Assembly: GCA_003152695.1 (NCBI GenBank)
Contig: PMAT01000031.1
Location: 2,886-66,885, forward strand
Length of the DNA stretch: 64,000 nucleotides
Reading direction: 5' to 3'
DNA from: Acidobacteriaceae bacterium
Lineage (GTDB): Bacteria > Acidobacteriota > Terriglobia > Terriglobales > Acidobacteriaceae
This document shows, in pieces, positions 26,860 through 36,345 of the stretch (its first letter is position 1; the number at the start of each line of letters is the position of its first letter). A model generated the notes under the pieces. It made no database searches. It had not been told where the DNA came from and worked only from the letters and a program-made list of their open reading frames with translations. Both the position numbers and the translations under genes were made by a program.

Positions 26860-27618
26860 ATGATTGATTTTCACGGGAAGGTTGCGTTGATAACGGGCGC
26901 TACATCGGGCATTGGCGAGGCAACCGCAGTGATGTTTGCCCGGTACAGCGCCAGGGTCGTCATCGCCGGCCGGCGGGACGCTGAGGGAGAGCGCGTGGTT
27001 GAAAGCATAAAGACTGCTGGCGGAGACGCGATATTCGTCCACACCGATGTCCAAGTCGAAGCGCAGGTCGAGAACCTGGTGAAGGTGGCCCTGCAGAAGT
27101 TCGGTCGCCTCGATTGCGCCTTCAATAATGCGGGAGTCGACCACATCGCGCCACTGGAGAAGCAGACGACTGCCGACTTCGACAACATGCTAAGCACGAA
27201 TCTCCGCGGAACGTTTGTTTGCATGCAACATGAGTTGCCGGCTATTGCGAAATCGGGTGGTGGGGCGATCGTTAACATGTCATCCATTGCGGGCGCCGTG
27301 GTTGGCATTCCCATCAACGCACCTTACTCGGCGGCGAAAGCGGGTGTTGTCGGGCTGACAAAATCGACGGCGCTATCCGCCGCCAAGCACAATATCACCA
27401 TCAATGCCCTGTGCTGCGGCAGCGTGGCTACTGAGCTAGCACTGGAAGTCTGGAAGTCACTGGGCTGGAGCCTGGAGCAGGTGGCTGCCTACAATCCGTT
27501 GGGTCGCATAGGTAAACCGGAGGAGATTGCTGCAGCCGTTCTCTTTCTATGCAGTGAGCATGCTTCCTACATCACAGGAACAACCCTGGTGATCGATGGC
27601 GGATATACCGCGCAGTAA
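26860..27618 (+). CDS. SDR-family oxidoreductase
   Basis: TGATSGIGEA cofactor motif, NNAG, and YSAAK catalytic motif. Start set to ATG 26860 (MIDFHGKVALITG). Confidence 0.88.
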   Translation: MIDFHGKVALITGATSGIGEATAVMFARYSARVVIAGRRDAEGERVVESIKTAGGDAIFVHTDVQVEAQVENLVKVALQKFGRLDCAFNNAGVDHIAPLEKQTTADFDNMLSTNLRGTFVCMQHELPAIAKSGGGAIVNMSSIAGAVVGIPINAPYSAAKAGVVGLTKSTALSAAKHNITINALCCGSVATELALEVWKSLGWSLEQVAAYNPLGRIGKPEEIAAAVLFLCSEHASYITGTTLVIDGGYTAQ

Positions 27619-27626
27619 GAGTCCGA

Positions 27627-28448
27627 TCATTGGGATTTCCGCTGACGCGCGGCCTCATACAGCAGAATCGACGCGGCGATGCCCGCGTTCAGCGATTCCA
27701 CCTTTGCGGAATGGGGAATCGCAACCACCTCGTCGGCTTGCGCCAGCACGTCCTTGGGAACGCCCGCGCCTTCGCTCCCGACGATGAAGGCCACCGGACC
27801 GCGCAGGTCAACTTCGGCAATCGCGGTGCCTTTGTGCGAAGATGTCGCCAGTACACGCACGTCGCGCGACTTGATTTCGCCCAGCGCTTTCGCCAATTCA
27901 ATCTTCAGCGCCGGCAATCGGAACAACGAGCCGGCGGAAGCCCGCACCGCTTTCCAATTCCAGGGGCCCACGGTCCGCTCGCCAAGCAGCAGTCCCGTGG
28001 CCCCAAACGCTTCGGCGGAACGTGCAATCGTGCCCAGATTGCCTGGGTCCTGAAGGCCGGCAATCGCCACCAGCAAGGCCGGCGCGGGAACAAACATTTC
28101 GTCCAACGCAAATGCCTTCACACGCACCAGGGCCGCCATACCTTGCGGAGTTTCGCTGGGTACGGCACTGGCAAAAACTTCATCCGCCAGCAGCAGCGCC
28201 TCGGTGTGCGACGACAGTTGCGGCAGCAGTTTGTGCGTACGTTCTTTCGCCGATTCGCCGAAGAAAACGGTAGTCAGCCGCAATCCACTGCGGATCGCCT
28301 CTTCGACGATATGCATGCCTTCCACGGCAACTTCGCCCTCCGCATTGGGCGCGGCCTCGCCGAAAGCGCGCCGCAGTTCCTTCACTCGCGCATTCTGCCC
28401 GCTGTGGATGCGGCGTAAACGGTCGTCCATTTTGACGGGCATAGCCAT
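27627..28448 (-). CDS. TrmH/SpoU-family RNA 2'-O-methyltransferase (RlmB-like)
   Basis: C-terminal SPOUT motifs LQDPGNLGTIARSA, GSEGAGV and ESLNAGIAASILLYE. Confidence 0.85.
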   Translation of the reverse strand: MAMPVKMDDRLRRIHSGQNARVKELRRAFGEAAPNAEGEVAVEGMHIVEEAIRSGLRLTTVFFGESAKERTHKLLPQLSSHTEALLLADEVFASAVPSETPQGMAALVRVKAFALDEMFVPAPALLVAIAGLQDPGNLGTIARSAEAFGATGLLLGERTVGPWNWKAVRASAGSLFRLPALKIELAKALGEIKSRDVRVLATSSHKGTAIAEVDLRGPVAFIVGSEGAGVPKDVLAQADEVVAIPHSAKVESLNAGIAASILLYEAARQRKSQ

Positions 28449-28592
28449 GGCGCTGAGGACCGGGGTCTATCCTACACCGGCCATCACCGCTCTCCGTGGC
28501 CGCGACGTGATAATCTGCTCAGTTGTCGTTGCGAGGGGCGATATGTTACGTTTTCCCTCCATCAGCTCCAGTTACTGAAAGAAGAGGTCTGG

Positions 28593-29243
28593 GTGCGTCC
28601 CGAAATCGTCAAAATCAGCAGTCAGGAACCGGAGAGCTCGCTGGTGTCGTATGTGGCGGAGAAGATCCGTGCCGGCGAGGTGTTGGGCATGCCGACCGAC
28701 ACGTTTTACGGTCTGGCGGCGGATCCCTTTAACCTGCACGCGGTTGACCGGGTTTACGAGATCAAGTCGCGCTCGCGGCACAAGCCCCTGTCGCTGCTGA
28801 TCGAATCGGTGGACCAGGCCGCCGAGCTGGCATGGCCAGTCCCGGAAATTTTCTACCTGCTGGCCCGCCGCTTCTGGCCGGGACCGCTGACCATCATTGT
28901 GAAGGCCGACCCCAAATTGCCGCTCAAGGTTACGGCCAATACCGGCAACGTCGCCTTGCGAGTGCCCGCCGCGGAAATTCCGCTCGCCATCATCCGCGCC
29001 GGAGGCCTGCCGATCACGGCCACCTCCGCCAATCTCAGCGGCGAAAGCGAGTGCACGTCAGCCTTGCAGGTGCGCGATCAGTTGGGAGATTGCTTGTCCA
29101 TCATCGTAGATGGCGGCCAATCCCCTCGCGAGATGCCTTCCACCATCATCGACCTGACCAGCGACGATGGCACGTGGCGCCTGCTGCGGCATGGCGCCAT
29201 TCCGGAGGAGCAGATTCTCGAGCTTTTGGGCGGCCAGGAGTAG
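28593..29243 (+). CDS. tsaC: L-threonylcarbamoyladenylate synthase (YrdC/Sua5 domain)
   Basis: PTDTFYGLAADPFN, KSRSRHKPLSLL, RFWPGPLT and SANLSGE motifs. Confidence 0.85.
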   Translation: MRPEIVKISSQEPESSLVSYVAEKIRAGEVLGMPTDTFYGLAADPFNLHAVDRVYEIKSRSRHKPLSLLIESVDQAAELAWPVPEIFYLLARRFWPGPLTIIVKADPKLPLKVTANTGNVALRVPAAEIPLAIIRAGGLPITATSANLSGESECTSALQVRDQLGDCLSIIVDGGQSPREMPSTIIDLTSDDGTWRLLRHGAIPEEQILELLGGQE

Positions 29244-29854
29244 GCGCCACGGCGGCACTAAACTCCAACTCTCATCTCTCCCGCTGGATCGTAGCCCTCG
29301 CCGTCGTTGTCGCCGCCGGATTTCTGGTGTGCACCAGCCGGCAAATCATGCGCGAAGCCGGGGTGGATGAGCCCCGTCCCGCGGATGCCATCGTGGTGTT
29401 CGGCGCGGCGGAGTACGTGGGTCATCCTTCGCCGGTGTATCGCGCGCGCCTGGACCATGCTTACGACCTTTTCCAGCGGGGATTGGCTCCGGTCATCATC
29501 ACCACCGGCGGCGCAGGCAAAGATCCCCACTTCAGCGAAGGCCAGGTTGGCCGCGACTACCTGGAGGCACGCGGCATTCCGGATGTAAACCTGATCGCCG
29601 AAACTCAGGGCGGCAATACCGACGAGTCCACCCAGCGTGTCGCCGTGATCATGCATGCCAACGGCATGCACAGCGGCCTTTTGGTGAGCGACGCGTACCA
29701 CCTGTACCGGGCAAAGCAGATGATGGCGCGCGAGGGCGTGACGGTGTACATCTCGCCGCGTCCCGGCTCAGTTCCCAAGACGGCCTTCGCACGCTGGATG
29801 GCCGCGCTGCGCGAGAGCTTCAGCTACATGCTGTATCGCGCGCATGTGAGGTGA
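29174..29854 (+). CDS. DUF218 (YdcF/ElyC-like) family protein with an N-terminal TM helix
   Basis: AIVVFGAAEY..PS......RLDHAYDLF..G....II.TGG and LVSDAYHLYRA motifs. No ATG precedes the TM helix WIVALAVVVAAGFLV. The in-frame GTG at 29174 (overlapping tsaC) is my best guess, so the start coordinate is uncertain. Confidence 0.6.
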   Translation: MAPAAAWRHSGGADSRAFGRPGVGATAALNSNSHLSRWIVALAVVVAAGFLVCTSRQIMREAGVDEPRPADAIVVFGAAEYVGHPSPVYRARLDHAYDLFQRGLAPVIITTGGAGKDPHFSEGQVGRDYLEARGIPDVNLIAETQGGNTDESTQRVAVIMHANGMHSGLLVSDAYHLYRAKQMMAREGVTVYISPRPGSVPKTAFARWMAALRESFSYMLYRAHVR

Positions 29855-29906
29855 GGCCGCGGTTCGGTGTTCGCTCTTCGCGTTTCGCTACTGAACATCC
29901 CACATT

Positions 29907-30024
29907 GTCATCCCGAGCGGAGTGAGGTCGCGGCAAGCGACCGAACGAAGTCGAGGGATCTGCGGTTTTACACCATCAGAACCGCAGATCCCTCGGCTCG
30001 GACTAAAGTCCTCGCTCGGGATGA
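29907..30024. repeat. gene-less hairpin copy of the gtcatcc(t/c)gagcgg repeat
   Basis: Arm 29907-29967 and arm 29972-30024 are inverted and joined by only ~10 nt (ggatctgcggttttacaccatcagaaccgcagatcc). Flanked by a second imperfect inverted pair, 29856-29896 / 30064-30112. Confidence 0.9.
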
Positions 30025-30113
30025 CAGAGTGTGAAAGTTGTAACGAGATGACAGAGTTCGGAGGTTGTAGCGAAAAGCGGTTTGCGAAGAGCGAGTAGTA
30101 GCGAACAGCGGCC

Positions 30114-30905
30114 TCACTTCACCAGCGCCATCACCCGCGCCGGCCCACCGGAACCGCCTTCCAGCTTGATGGGCGCCACTACCACCATCGCTCCGGACGG
30201 GGGCACCAGTCCGAGGTTGGCGACGTTTTCCAAGTGGTAAACGCTCTGGTTGGACGTGAACAGGTGCACCGGAAAAGTTGTGCTTGCGCCGATGTCCACA
30301 CTCATGGTGTCAATGCCGAGCCCCACCACGCTGCGCGTCTTCACCAGGAACTTCACCGCCTCCAGCGAGAAACCGGGGTAATGCGACAGGTGATCGCTTC
30401 CCACGTTGCGAAACTCTTTTTGCGAGTTCCAACGCTCATCCCAGCCGGTATAGGCCATCACCACGCCGCCGGTGGGGATTTCTCCGTGCGCGCTTTCCCA
30501 GTCGGCTATGTCCTGCACGCCGATTTCGTAGTCGGGATTGCTTCTGGCCTTGCTGCGGACGTCGAGCACCACCAGCGGACGCACTAGCCTCTCGACGGGA
30601 ATCTGGTCCACCGTCCACATGCCCTTGGCGAAATGCGCGGGGGCGTCGAGGTGGGTACCGTAATGCTCCTCAGTGGTAAAGACGCGCGAGTAGTACCCGT
30701 CACGCTCTATGTTGCCCAGTTCCTTGGCCTGGAACGGCGACTGCTCGCTGCCTTCCCAGTTGGGCGAATGGTTATTCACGTTGTGGGTGAGATCGATAAC
30801 CGCGCGATAGACATTCGGATCGGGCATGGAAGGTTTGTGCTGCGCGATCAACAACAGCGCCAGCGCCAGACTACAGCCTATCGCAAATGTCTTCCACTTG
30901 ATCAT
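30114..30905 (-). CDS. cyclase-family protein (kynurenine formamidase-like)
   Basis: Signal/TM start. HYGTHLDAPAHF matches the HxGTHxDxPxH motif of the putative cyclase/arylformamidase family. Confidence 0.8.
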   Translation of the reverse strand: MIKWKTFAIGCSLALALLLIAQHKPSMPDPNVYRAVIDLTHNVNNHSPNWEGSEQSPFQAKELGNIERDGYYSRVFTTEEHYGTHLDAPAHFAKGMWTVDQIPVERLVRPLVVLDVRSKARSNPDYEIGVQDIADWESAHGEIPTGGVVMAYTGWDERWNSQKEFRNVGSDHLSHYPGFSLEAVKFLVKTRSVVGLGIDTMSVDIGASTTFPVHLFTSNQSVYHLENVANLGLVPPSGAMVVVAPIKLEGGSGGPARVMALVK

Positions 30906-31033
30906 CGCAAGATATGGCCCGCACGATATCCGATGCTCCGAAGGGAGCGATCGCTTCGTGAATCGTGTTTAACAAGAGAGAACCCGAGGCGAGAGCGTTT
31001 GATGCGGCGGATAGATCGAGTTAGCGCCCGGTT

Positions 31034-31092
31034 AACCGCAGATCCTTCGACTCCGGCGACGCAAACCCGGCGTCGCCTCCGCTCAGGATGAC
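31034..31092. repeat. solo arm of the gtcatcctgagcgg repeat
   Basis: aaccgcagatccttcgactccggcgacgcaaacccggcgtcgcctccgctcaggatgac is near-identical to arm R at 12386-12444. No partner arm nearby. Confidence 0.9.
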
Positions 31093-31124
31093 AAGTAGAA
31101 TTTCTGATACGAAACCGTGTTTGG

Positions 31125-33098
31125 CTAATTGCTTCTTTGCAACGCAAACCCGAACCACAGCGAATTCGAGCCGTTGTAGTCAACGCCCGATCGCTGTTGA
31201 GGTGCGAAACCCATACGTTCGGCTTTCAGCATGCAATTGTTGCAGGGTTTCCCCAGCACGATCTCGTAGCTGCCGTTCTTCTTGGAATGCGCCGTGCCCA
31301 CAGCATTTCCGCTTGCATCCGTCAGCGTAACCGTGGCGCGCGGCAGCGGCCAGCCTCCGTCGTCGGTCACGACACCCTGCACTTTGCCGCGCGGCGGGAG
31401 ACCTTCGGGCAGGTAATCGCGCATGATGTATCCCGGCCCGCGCAATGGCCGCCCGCCAAGCTGTCCGGTGACTTTATCGTGCTCCAGCGCGAGCGTGCCA
31501 TTCACGAAGACGTACTCGAAGCCAACTGACGGCTTGTTGGGATCGTCGAAGGTCGCCAAGTCTCGCACCTCCTCAGGATCGAAGACGGTGATATCGGCAA
31601 AGTAATCGGTGCGCAGCAGACCGCGATGGTCGAGCCTTTCGCGTTGCGCCGGCAATGAAGTAAACTTACGAATCGCATCTTCGAGCCGCAGGTTATGCTC
31701 CTCGCGCACATACTTGCCGAGAATGCGGGCGAAGCTGCCATACGCCCGCGGATGCGCCTTCGACTCCCCCAGCGGGCCCGTCGGATTGATCGCCCCGTAG
31801 TCGGTGCCGACGCTGACCCAGGGCTGCCGCATGGCGAGCTTGACGTCGGGCTCGCTCATTAGGAAATACACGGCGCCCACATTGTCGCGATCGGCGATCA
31901 CCAGGTCCATCAGCGCGTAGAGCGGATCTTTGTTCTCCATCTTCGCAATCTGCGAGATGGTTTTTCCTTCGTACTTGCGAAGCTGCGGATCGAGCACCGA
32001 GACCACCAACACGCCATCGGGTCCCCCAACCTCACGCCACAGGTTCTCGAACGGACCTCCTGTACCGTCGAGTTCCTTGCGAATCTGCTGACGCAGCGCT
32101 GGATCTTTCAGTCGTTTCACGAATTCATCGGCGCCCCCCTCGTGATATTTCGGCGGAATGACCGCGCCCAGCGAGGTAGCAGCGCCGACGTACGGATACT
32201 GATCGGCGGTCACGTCAACTCCGCTGGCGCGTGCTTGCTCGATGGCCGCGATCACCTGCGGCATCTTTCCCCAGTTCTGCATGCCCGCGGCCTTGAGGTG
32301 AAAAATCTCGACCGGAATGTTGGCTTCGCGTCCGATGCGAAACGCCTCGTCGAGTGCGTTCATCTCGGAGTCGCCCTCCCCGCGAATGTGCGAGGCATAG
32401 ATGCCGTCCTTCTTCGCCGCTACTTTCGCCAGCGCAATCAGCTCATCGGTTTTCGCATACGACCCCGGGGCATAGATGAGCGCACTGGACAGCCCCATGG
32501 CCCCGTCGCTCATGGCGTCGTCCACCATGATCTCCATCTGCTGCAATTCGTCGACGGTAGGAGCGCGGTCGGCAGCGCCAATTACCATGTGGCGCACTTG
32601 CGCCGCTCCAACGTAGGTCGCGAGGTTGATGCCGCTTCCCTGCTTGGTCAGGCGCTGAAAATATTCTTCCAGCGACTTCCAATCGGGCGTGATATGGAAG
32701 TGCTGGAAATAGTCGGCGTGTTCCTGGTTCAGCAGTTCGTTGGTGGGCGCGACGGAGTCGCCTTCCCCGGTGATCTCGGTGGTAATGCCCTGAGTCAGCT
32801 TGCTGACCGCCTGCTTGTCGATGAGTAGGTTGGTCTCCGACTGGCCCAGCATGTCAATGAAGCCGGGAGCGACGATCAAGCCCTTGGCATCAATGGTGCG
32901 CTTCGCCACCAGCGAAGCAGCGGCGTGGCCGACGAAGACAATGCGATCGCCAATAATGCCAACGTCGGCGTAGATCCACGGGTTGCCGCTGCCATCCACA
33001 ACGCGGCCGTTGCGGATGAGGTAGTCGAACTCCTGGGCCAACGCAGGAATCGCAAGTCCCAGAACAGCGAGAAGCAGCAAGAATCTGTGTCGTGACAA
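31125..33098 (-). CDS. N-acyl-D-amino-acid deacylase (D-aminoacylase) family amidohydrolase with a C-terminal CarboxypepD_reg-like domain
   Basis: Signal peptide. FDYLIRNGRVVDGSGNP...DVGI.GDRI...G at the N-terminus, HIRGEGD and DQYPY motifs. Tail GKVQGVVTDDGGWPLPRATVTLTD..G......KKNGSYEI. Confidence 0.8.
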   Translation of the reverse strand: MSRHRFLLLLAVLGLAIPALAQEFDYLIRNGRVVDGSGNPWIYADVGIIGDRIVFVGHAAASLVAKRTIDAKGLIVAPGFIDMLGQSETNLLIDKQAVSKLTQGITTEITGEGDSVAPTNELLNQEHADYFQHFHITPDWKSLEEYFQRLTKQGSGINLATYVGAAQVRHMVIGAADRAPTVDELQQMEIMVDDAMSDGAMGLSSALIYAPGSYAKTDELIALAKVAAKKDGIYASHIRGEGDSEMNALDEAFRIGREANIPVEIFHLKAAGMQNWGKMPQVIAAIEQARASGVDVTADQYPYVGAATSLGAVIPPKYHEGGADEFVKRLKDPALRQQIRKELDGTGGPFENLWREVGGPDGVLVVSVLDPQLRKYEGKTISQIAKMENKDPLYALMDLVIADRDNVGAVYFLMSEPDVKLAMRQPWVSVGTDYGAINPTGPLGESKAHPRAYGSFARILGKYVREEHNLRLEDAIRKFTSLPAQRERLDHRGLLRTDYFADITVFDPEEVRDLATFDDPNKPSVGFEYVFVNGTLALEHDKVTGQLGGRPLRGPGYIMRDYLPEGLPPRGKVQGVVTDDGGWPLPRATVTLTDASGNAVGTAHSKKNGSYEIVLGKPCNNCMLKAERMGFAPQQRSGVDYNGSNSLWFGFALQRSN

Positions 33099-33159
33099 GG
33101 CGAGCTCCGAATAGCAAATTCACAGCACGCGATTATGGCAGATATTTTGGATCCCAGGC

Positions 33160-33900
33160 TTATTTCCCCACCCTCTGCGTCACCATCACAACGATCAGTG
33201 CCAGGTCGGCAGCGAACACCGTGCTGACGAAATTTACAGCGTCGTTGCCCATTTTGCCTGAGTTCTCCCACGTAGCTCCCAGGATGCTGTCGAAAAACAT
33301 GCCAGCAATACCCGCCAAGGCAATCAGCGGCGTCCAATTCCAGCTTACGACCTGGAAGAATGCGCTCACCCAGGCCACGACGCAGGCCGCGACGCACCCG
33401 GCCAGAGTTCCTACAATGCTAACTGCGCCATTGGTGCCGATGGGAGCTTCGCGGAAGTCCGTGATCATGTACGCGGCGCCGGCAGTAGCCTGTCCAATTT
33501 CGCTGGAAGCGGTATCGGCAGCGGCTTCTGCGAGAGCGGCCATGGCTCCGGTCAAGAGAATGCCGCTCAACTGCGGAAGCCAGATCACCGGCAGCGCGCA
33601 CAAAGTGGTTGCGCCAAGATTGGCGAGAATCTGCGACGTGCTGCGTCCGGGCCCACGCTCAGCCACTCCGAGCTGTTGTTTTCGCGCATAACCCGAGCGG
33701 GTGGCCAACACCGTGATCACGAATACCGTCAGCAGAGGAACAAAGCCGGCCAGTCCGGCGGCGAGCATCAGGACGAACGCCACCAGTACGCCCATCAGCG
33801 CCCCGCCGTCAGTCACGGCGCCCAGGGTTCGGGCAACGACCGCAAACCCGATGGCCACGACCGCGGCAGGCAAACCCCTTGCATGGAAGAGACTTGTCAC
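33160..33900 (-). CDS. DUF92 (TMEM19-like) integral membrane protein
   Basis: 246 aa with 6-7 hydrophobic helices and glycine-rich motifs reminiscent of DUF92. Assignment is from memory. Confidence 0.5.
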   Translation of the reverse strand: MTSLFHARGLPAAVVAIGFAVVARTLGAVTDGGALMGVLVAFVLMLAAGLAGFVPLLTVFVITVLATRSGYARKQQLGVAERGPGRSTSQILANLGATTLCALPVIWLPQLSGILLTGAMAALAEAAADTASSEIGQATAGAAYMITDFREAPIGTNGAVSIVGTLAGCVAACVVAWVSAFFQVVSWNWTPLIALAGIAGMFFDSILGATWENSGKMGNDAVNFVSTVFAADLALIVVMVTQRVGK

Positions 33901-34007
33901 TTGTCCTCGGCCAGTATCGCATGAGCCGGAGGTCCATCGCAGGAGACCGGGTTAGCGCTTCTAATCGCAGAACGAACCCTGAAGGATGAGGAATGACCGG
34001 CTTTCGC

Positions 34008-35006
34008 CTAGTACAGCGGCGGCTCACCTGGCGGCCTAGTCTTCCATCGCCGATGCACCCAGAGCCACTGATCGGGATAGCGACGCACGTGGTCTTCAAT
34101 GATCTTGTTGAAGAGCGCGGTATTGGTAATGGCATCGGCGTCAGGATCGCCGGTGCGCACCAGATCCACCGCGGGGTTGAACTCCACGCGGTATTTGCGC
34201 AGCACCGGGTCCCAGATGGTGAACGCCGGGACCACCGCCGCCCCGGTATGCAGCGCCACCCGCGCCACGCCGCTGGCGGTGCAGGCGGGAACACCGAAGA
34301 AGTTCACAAATACGCCCTGCGGCGGGGTCATGTTGGTGTCCATCAGGACGCCCACGGTTTCGTTGTTGCGCATGGCTGCCAGCAAGCCGCGGGCGAATTC
34401 ATCCTTGCCGAGCATCTGATTGCCGTGGAGGCCGCGATAGCGCGCAACCAGGGCGTCCACGTAAGGATTGTCGAGCGGCCGCACCACCATCTTCATGGGG
34501 TGGCCTTGCAGCGAGTGGAAGAAGGAACCAATCTCCCATCCTCCAAAATGGCCGGTGAGAAAGAGCACACCCTTGCCGCGCTTCTCCGCCGCTTCGAAAT
34601 TTTCGAAGCCCTGGTACACCGCAACCTGGGAAACGTTTTCCTTAGTGTAGCTCGGAAAGAGGCAGGCTTCGGCGAGCAAGCGTCCCAATGAGACGTAGAC
34701 ACCGCGCAAAATCCGACGGCGTTCTTTCGGCGGTTTCTCCGGGAAGGCCAACCCGAGGTTGCGCATTCCGACCCGGCGCAATCGGCGGTGCAGATGGTAC
34801 ACCGCCCCGCCCAGCAAGATGCCCCATCCACGGGCCAACGGGCGCGGCAAGGCGCCGATCAGGCGCACCACCAGCGCGACCGGAACATACTGCAACCTGT
34901 GGCGCATGACAAGTATCGGTTTGACGGTAGCACCGCGAAAAACCGAGGTCAAACCAATTGCTGAGTACGGCTTCTTGCGCAAGAGAAAAGCGGTGGCCGC
35001 AGCCAC
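34008..35006 (-). CDS. lysophospholipid/lipid A biosynthesis acyltransferase (LpxL/HtrB family)
   Basis: LTGHFGGWE (HX4E/D acyltransferase motif) and the VLMDTN...GVFV.FFG..A....G.A motif. The true start may be ATG 34907. Confidence 0.8.
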   Translation of the reverse strand: MAAATAFLLRKKPYSAIGLTSVFRGATVKPILVMRHRLQYVPVALVVRLIGALPRPLARGWGILLGGAVYHLHRRLRRVGMRNLGLAFPEKPPKERRRILRGVYVSLGRLLAEACLFPSYTKENVSQVAVYQGFENFEAAEKRGKGVLFLTGHFGGWEIGSFFHSLQGHPMKMVVRPLDNPYVDALVARYRGLHGNQMLGKDEFARGLLAAMRNNETVGVLMDTNMTPPQGVFVNFFGVPACTASGVARVALHTGAAVVPAFTIWDPVLRKYRVEFNPAVDLVRTGDPDADAITNTALFNKIIEDHVRRYPDQWLWVHRRWKTRPPGEPPLY

Positions 35007-35020
35007 CGCTCTCAGCGCCG

Positions 35021-35932
35021 CTACTCCTTAAGGTTGACAGTTCCAGTACTAGCCGGTGTAGCCGCGACGGCGGGCGCCGTCGTCGAACTTGGGGTGACGG
35101 CCGGCGCTGCAGCAGGTTCCTCGGTTGTCGGATCCACCGCTGCCGGCGCTTGAGCAGGGTCCGCCGGTAAACTGGTCGCAGGCGTCTCGGCTGGTGTGGC
35201 TGCAGGCGCAGGCGATGTCATGACAGGTGAGGGCGCAACCTGCGCGCGAACCTTGGGCGTGGGAGCGTACTTCTCAACCGTGTTCAGCAGAACCAGCGAA
35301 TCCTGGGGAGCGGGAACTTGTCCTCTGAGCAGTGAATAGAATGTCCAGTCTTTGCCGCCATAGAAGGCGCGCGTATCGCCGTTGTCCTGGCGGATGAGAC
35401 CGCCGCTCAAAGAGACGCCGAGGAACAATCCGCGTGAACGCGAATAGGTCAGCACCTGGGCGCGCAACGTCAAGTCGGTGGAAGCCTGCGCGTCGCGGCC
35501 CACCGGCCCGGCCGCGGCGGAAGCGTCGGCTCCCAGCTTGAACTTGCTTTGAAGCAGGTGCTGCATGCCTTCATCGGTGCGGATGATGAACACCAGATCC
35601 GAAGCCTGACCGCCCGCCTGAAATCCGAAACTGCCGCCCGTCACCTTGAAAAACACGGGCGCGCTCCAGCCATGATCGGTACGGCAGGTGGCTACGCCCT
35701 TGCCATAGTTGGCGCCGAATACGAAACTTGCCTTCAGCATGGAGGGCACGATCGCAATGCACTTGGCTCCCGAAAGGATTCCATCGGGAATGGCCCGATC
35801 GGGAGCAGACATAATCTGGTCGAGCACCGTGCTCGCTGTTTGGACGCGATCCACTTGCGCGCCTCGGTTCTGACTCCAAGCCCAAGTGGTCATGGAAACA
35901 ATCAACAATGTTGCCGCGACAATTTTCTTCAT
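35021..35932 (-). CDS. SYLF (Ysc84/DUF500) lipid-binding domain protein with a Pro/Ala/Thr-rich tail
   Basis: Signal peptide. Motifs A.CIAIVPS..K..F..G...G.G...CR...GWS.P.F......S.G.Q.G and LTYSRSRGLF.G.SL.G. Low-complexity C-terminus. Confidence 0.75.
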   Translation of the reverse strand: MKKIVAATLLIVSMTTWAWSQNRGAQVDRVQTASTVLDQIMSAPDRAIPDGILSGAKCIAIVPSMLKASFVFGANYGKGVATCRTDHGWSAPVFFKVTGGSFGFQAGGQASDLVFIIRTDEGMQHLLQSKFKLGADASAAAGPVGRDAQASTDLTLRAQVLTYSRSRGLFLGVSLSGGLIRQDNGDTRAFYGGKDWTFYSLLRGQVPAPQDSLVLLNTVEKYAPTPKVRAQVAPSPVMTSPAPAATPAETPATSLPADPAQAPAAVDPTTEEPAAAPAVTPSSTTAPAVAATPASTGTVNLKE

Positions 35933-36345
35933 GGCTCAACTCCGATCAAGAACATAGGCTCCGCCAGCCTGTGCCGACTGCACTCATCTTACGAGGGTTC
36001 GATGGAATTTTGCGCCTGGAGAAAGCCCAGCAGTGGTTACTCTTTAGAGGCCCGATGGCGATAGGGAGAACCGAAACGCGGGCCGGGGGTGATTCTCGCC
36101 AGTTTAGATGGGGTTGATTGCAAATACGAAGGGCCGGAAGAGGAGACCCTCGTAACCTCTTCCAGCCCTATCTCCCAGGTTCTGTGGTAGGTGAGTGCAG
36201 TATGCAGCTGCAGGCAGGTTCGCGCAAGTAACGGAAGGTCAGGCAGGGTAATTAGACTTTAGTAACATGGGATCGCCAGGTAACCAGTCGGATGGGCAGG
36301 TAACCAGCCCGCGAAAGTTAGGACCGAGCAGTTAGCGGAACTAGC

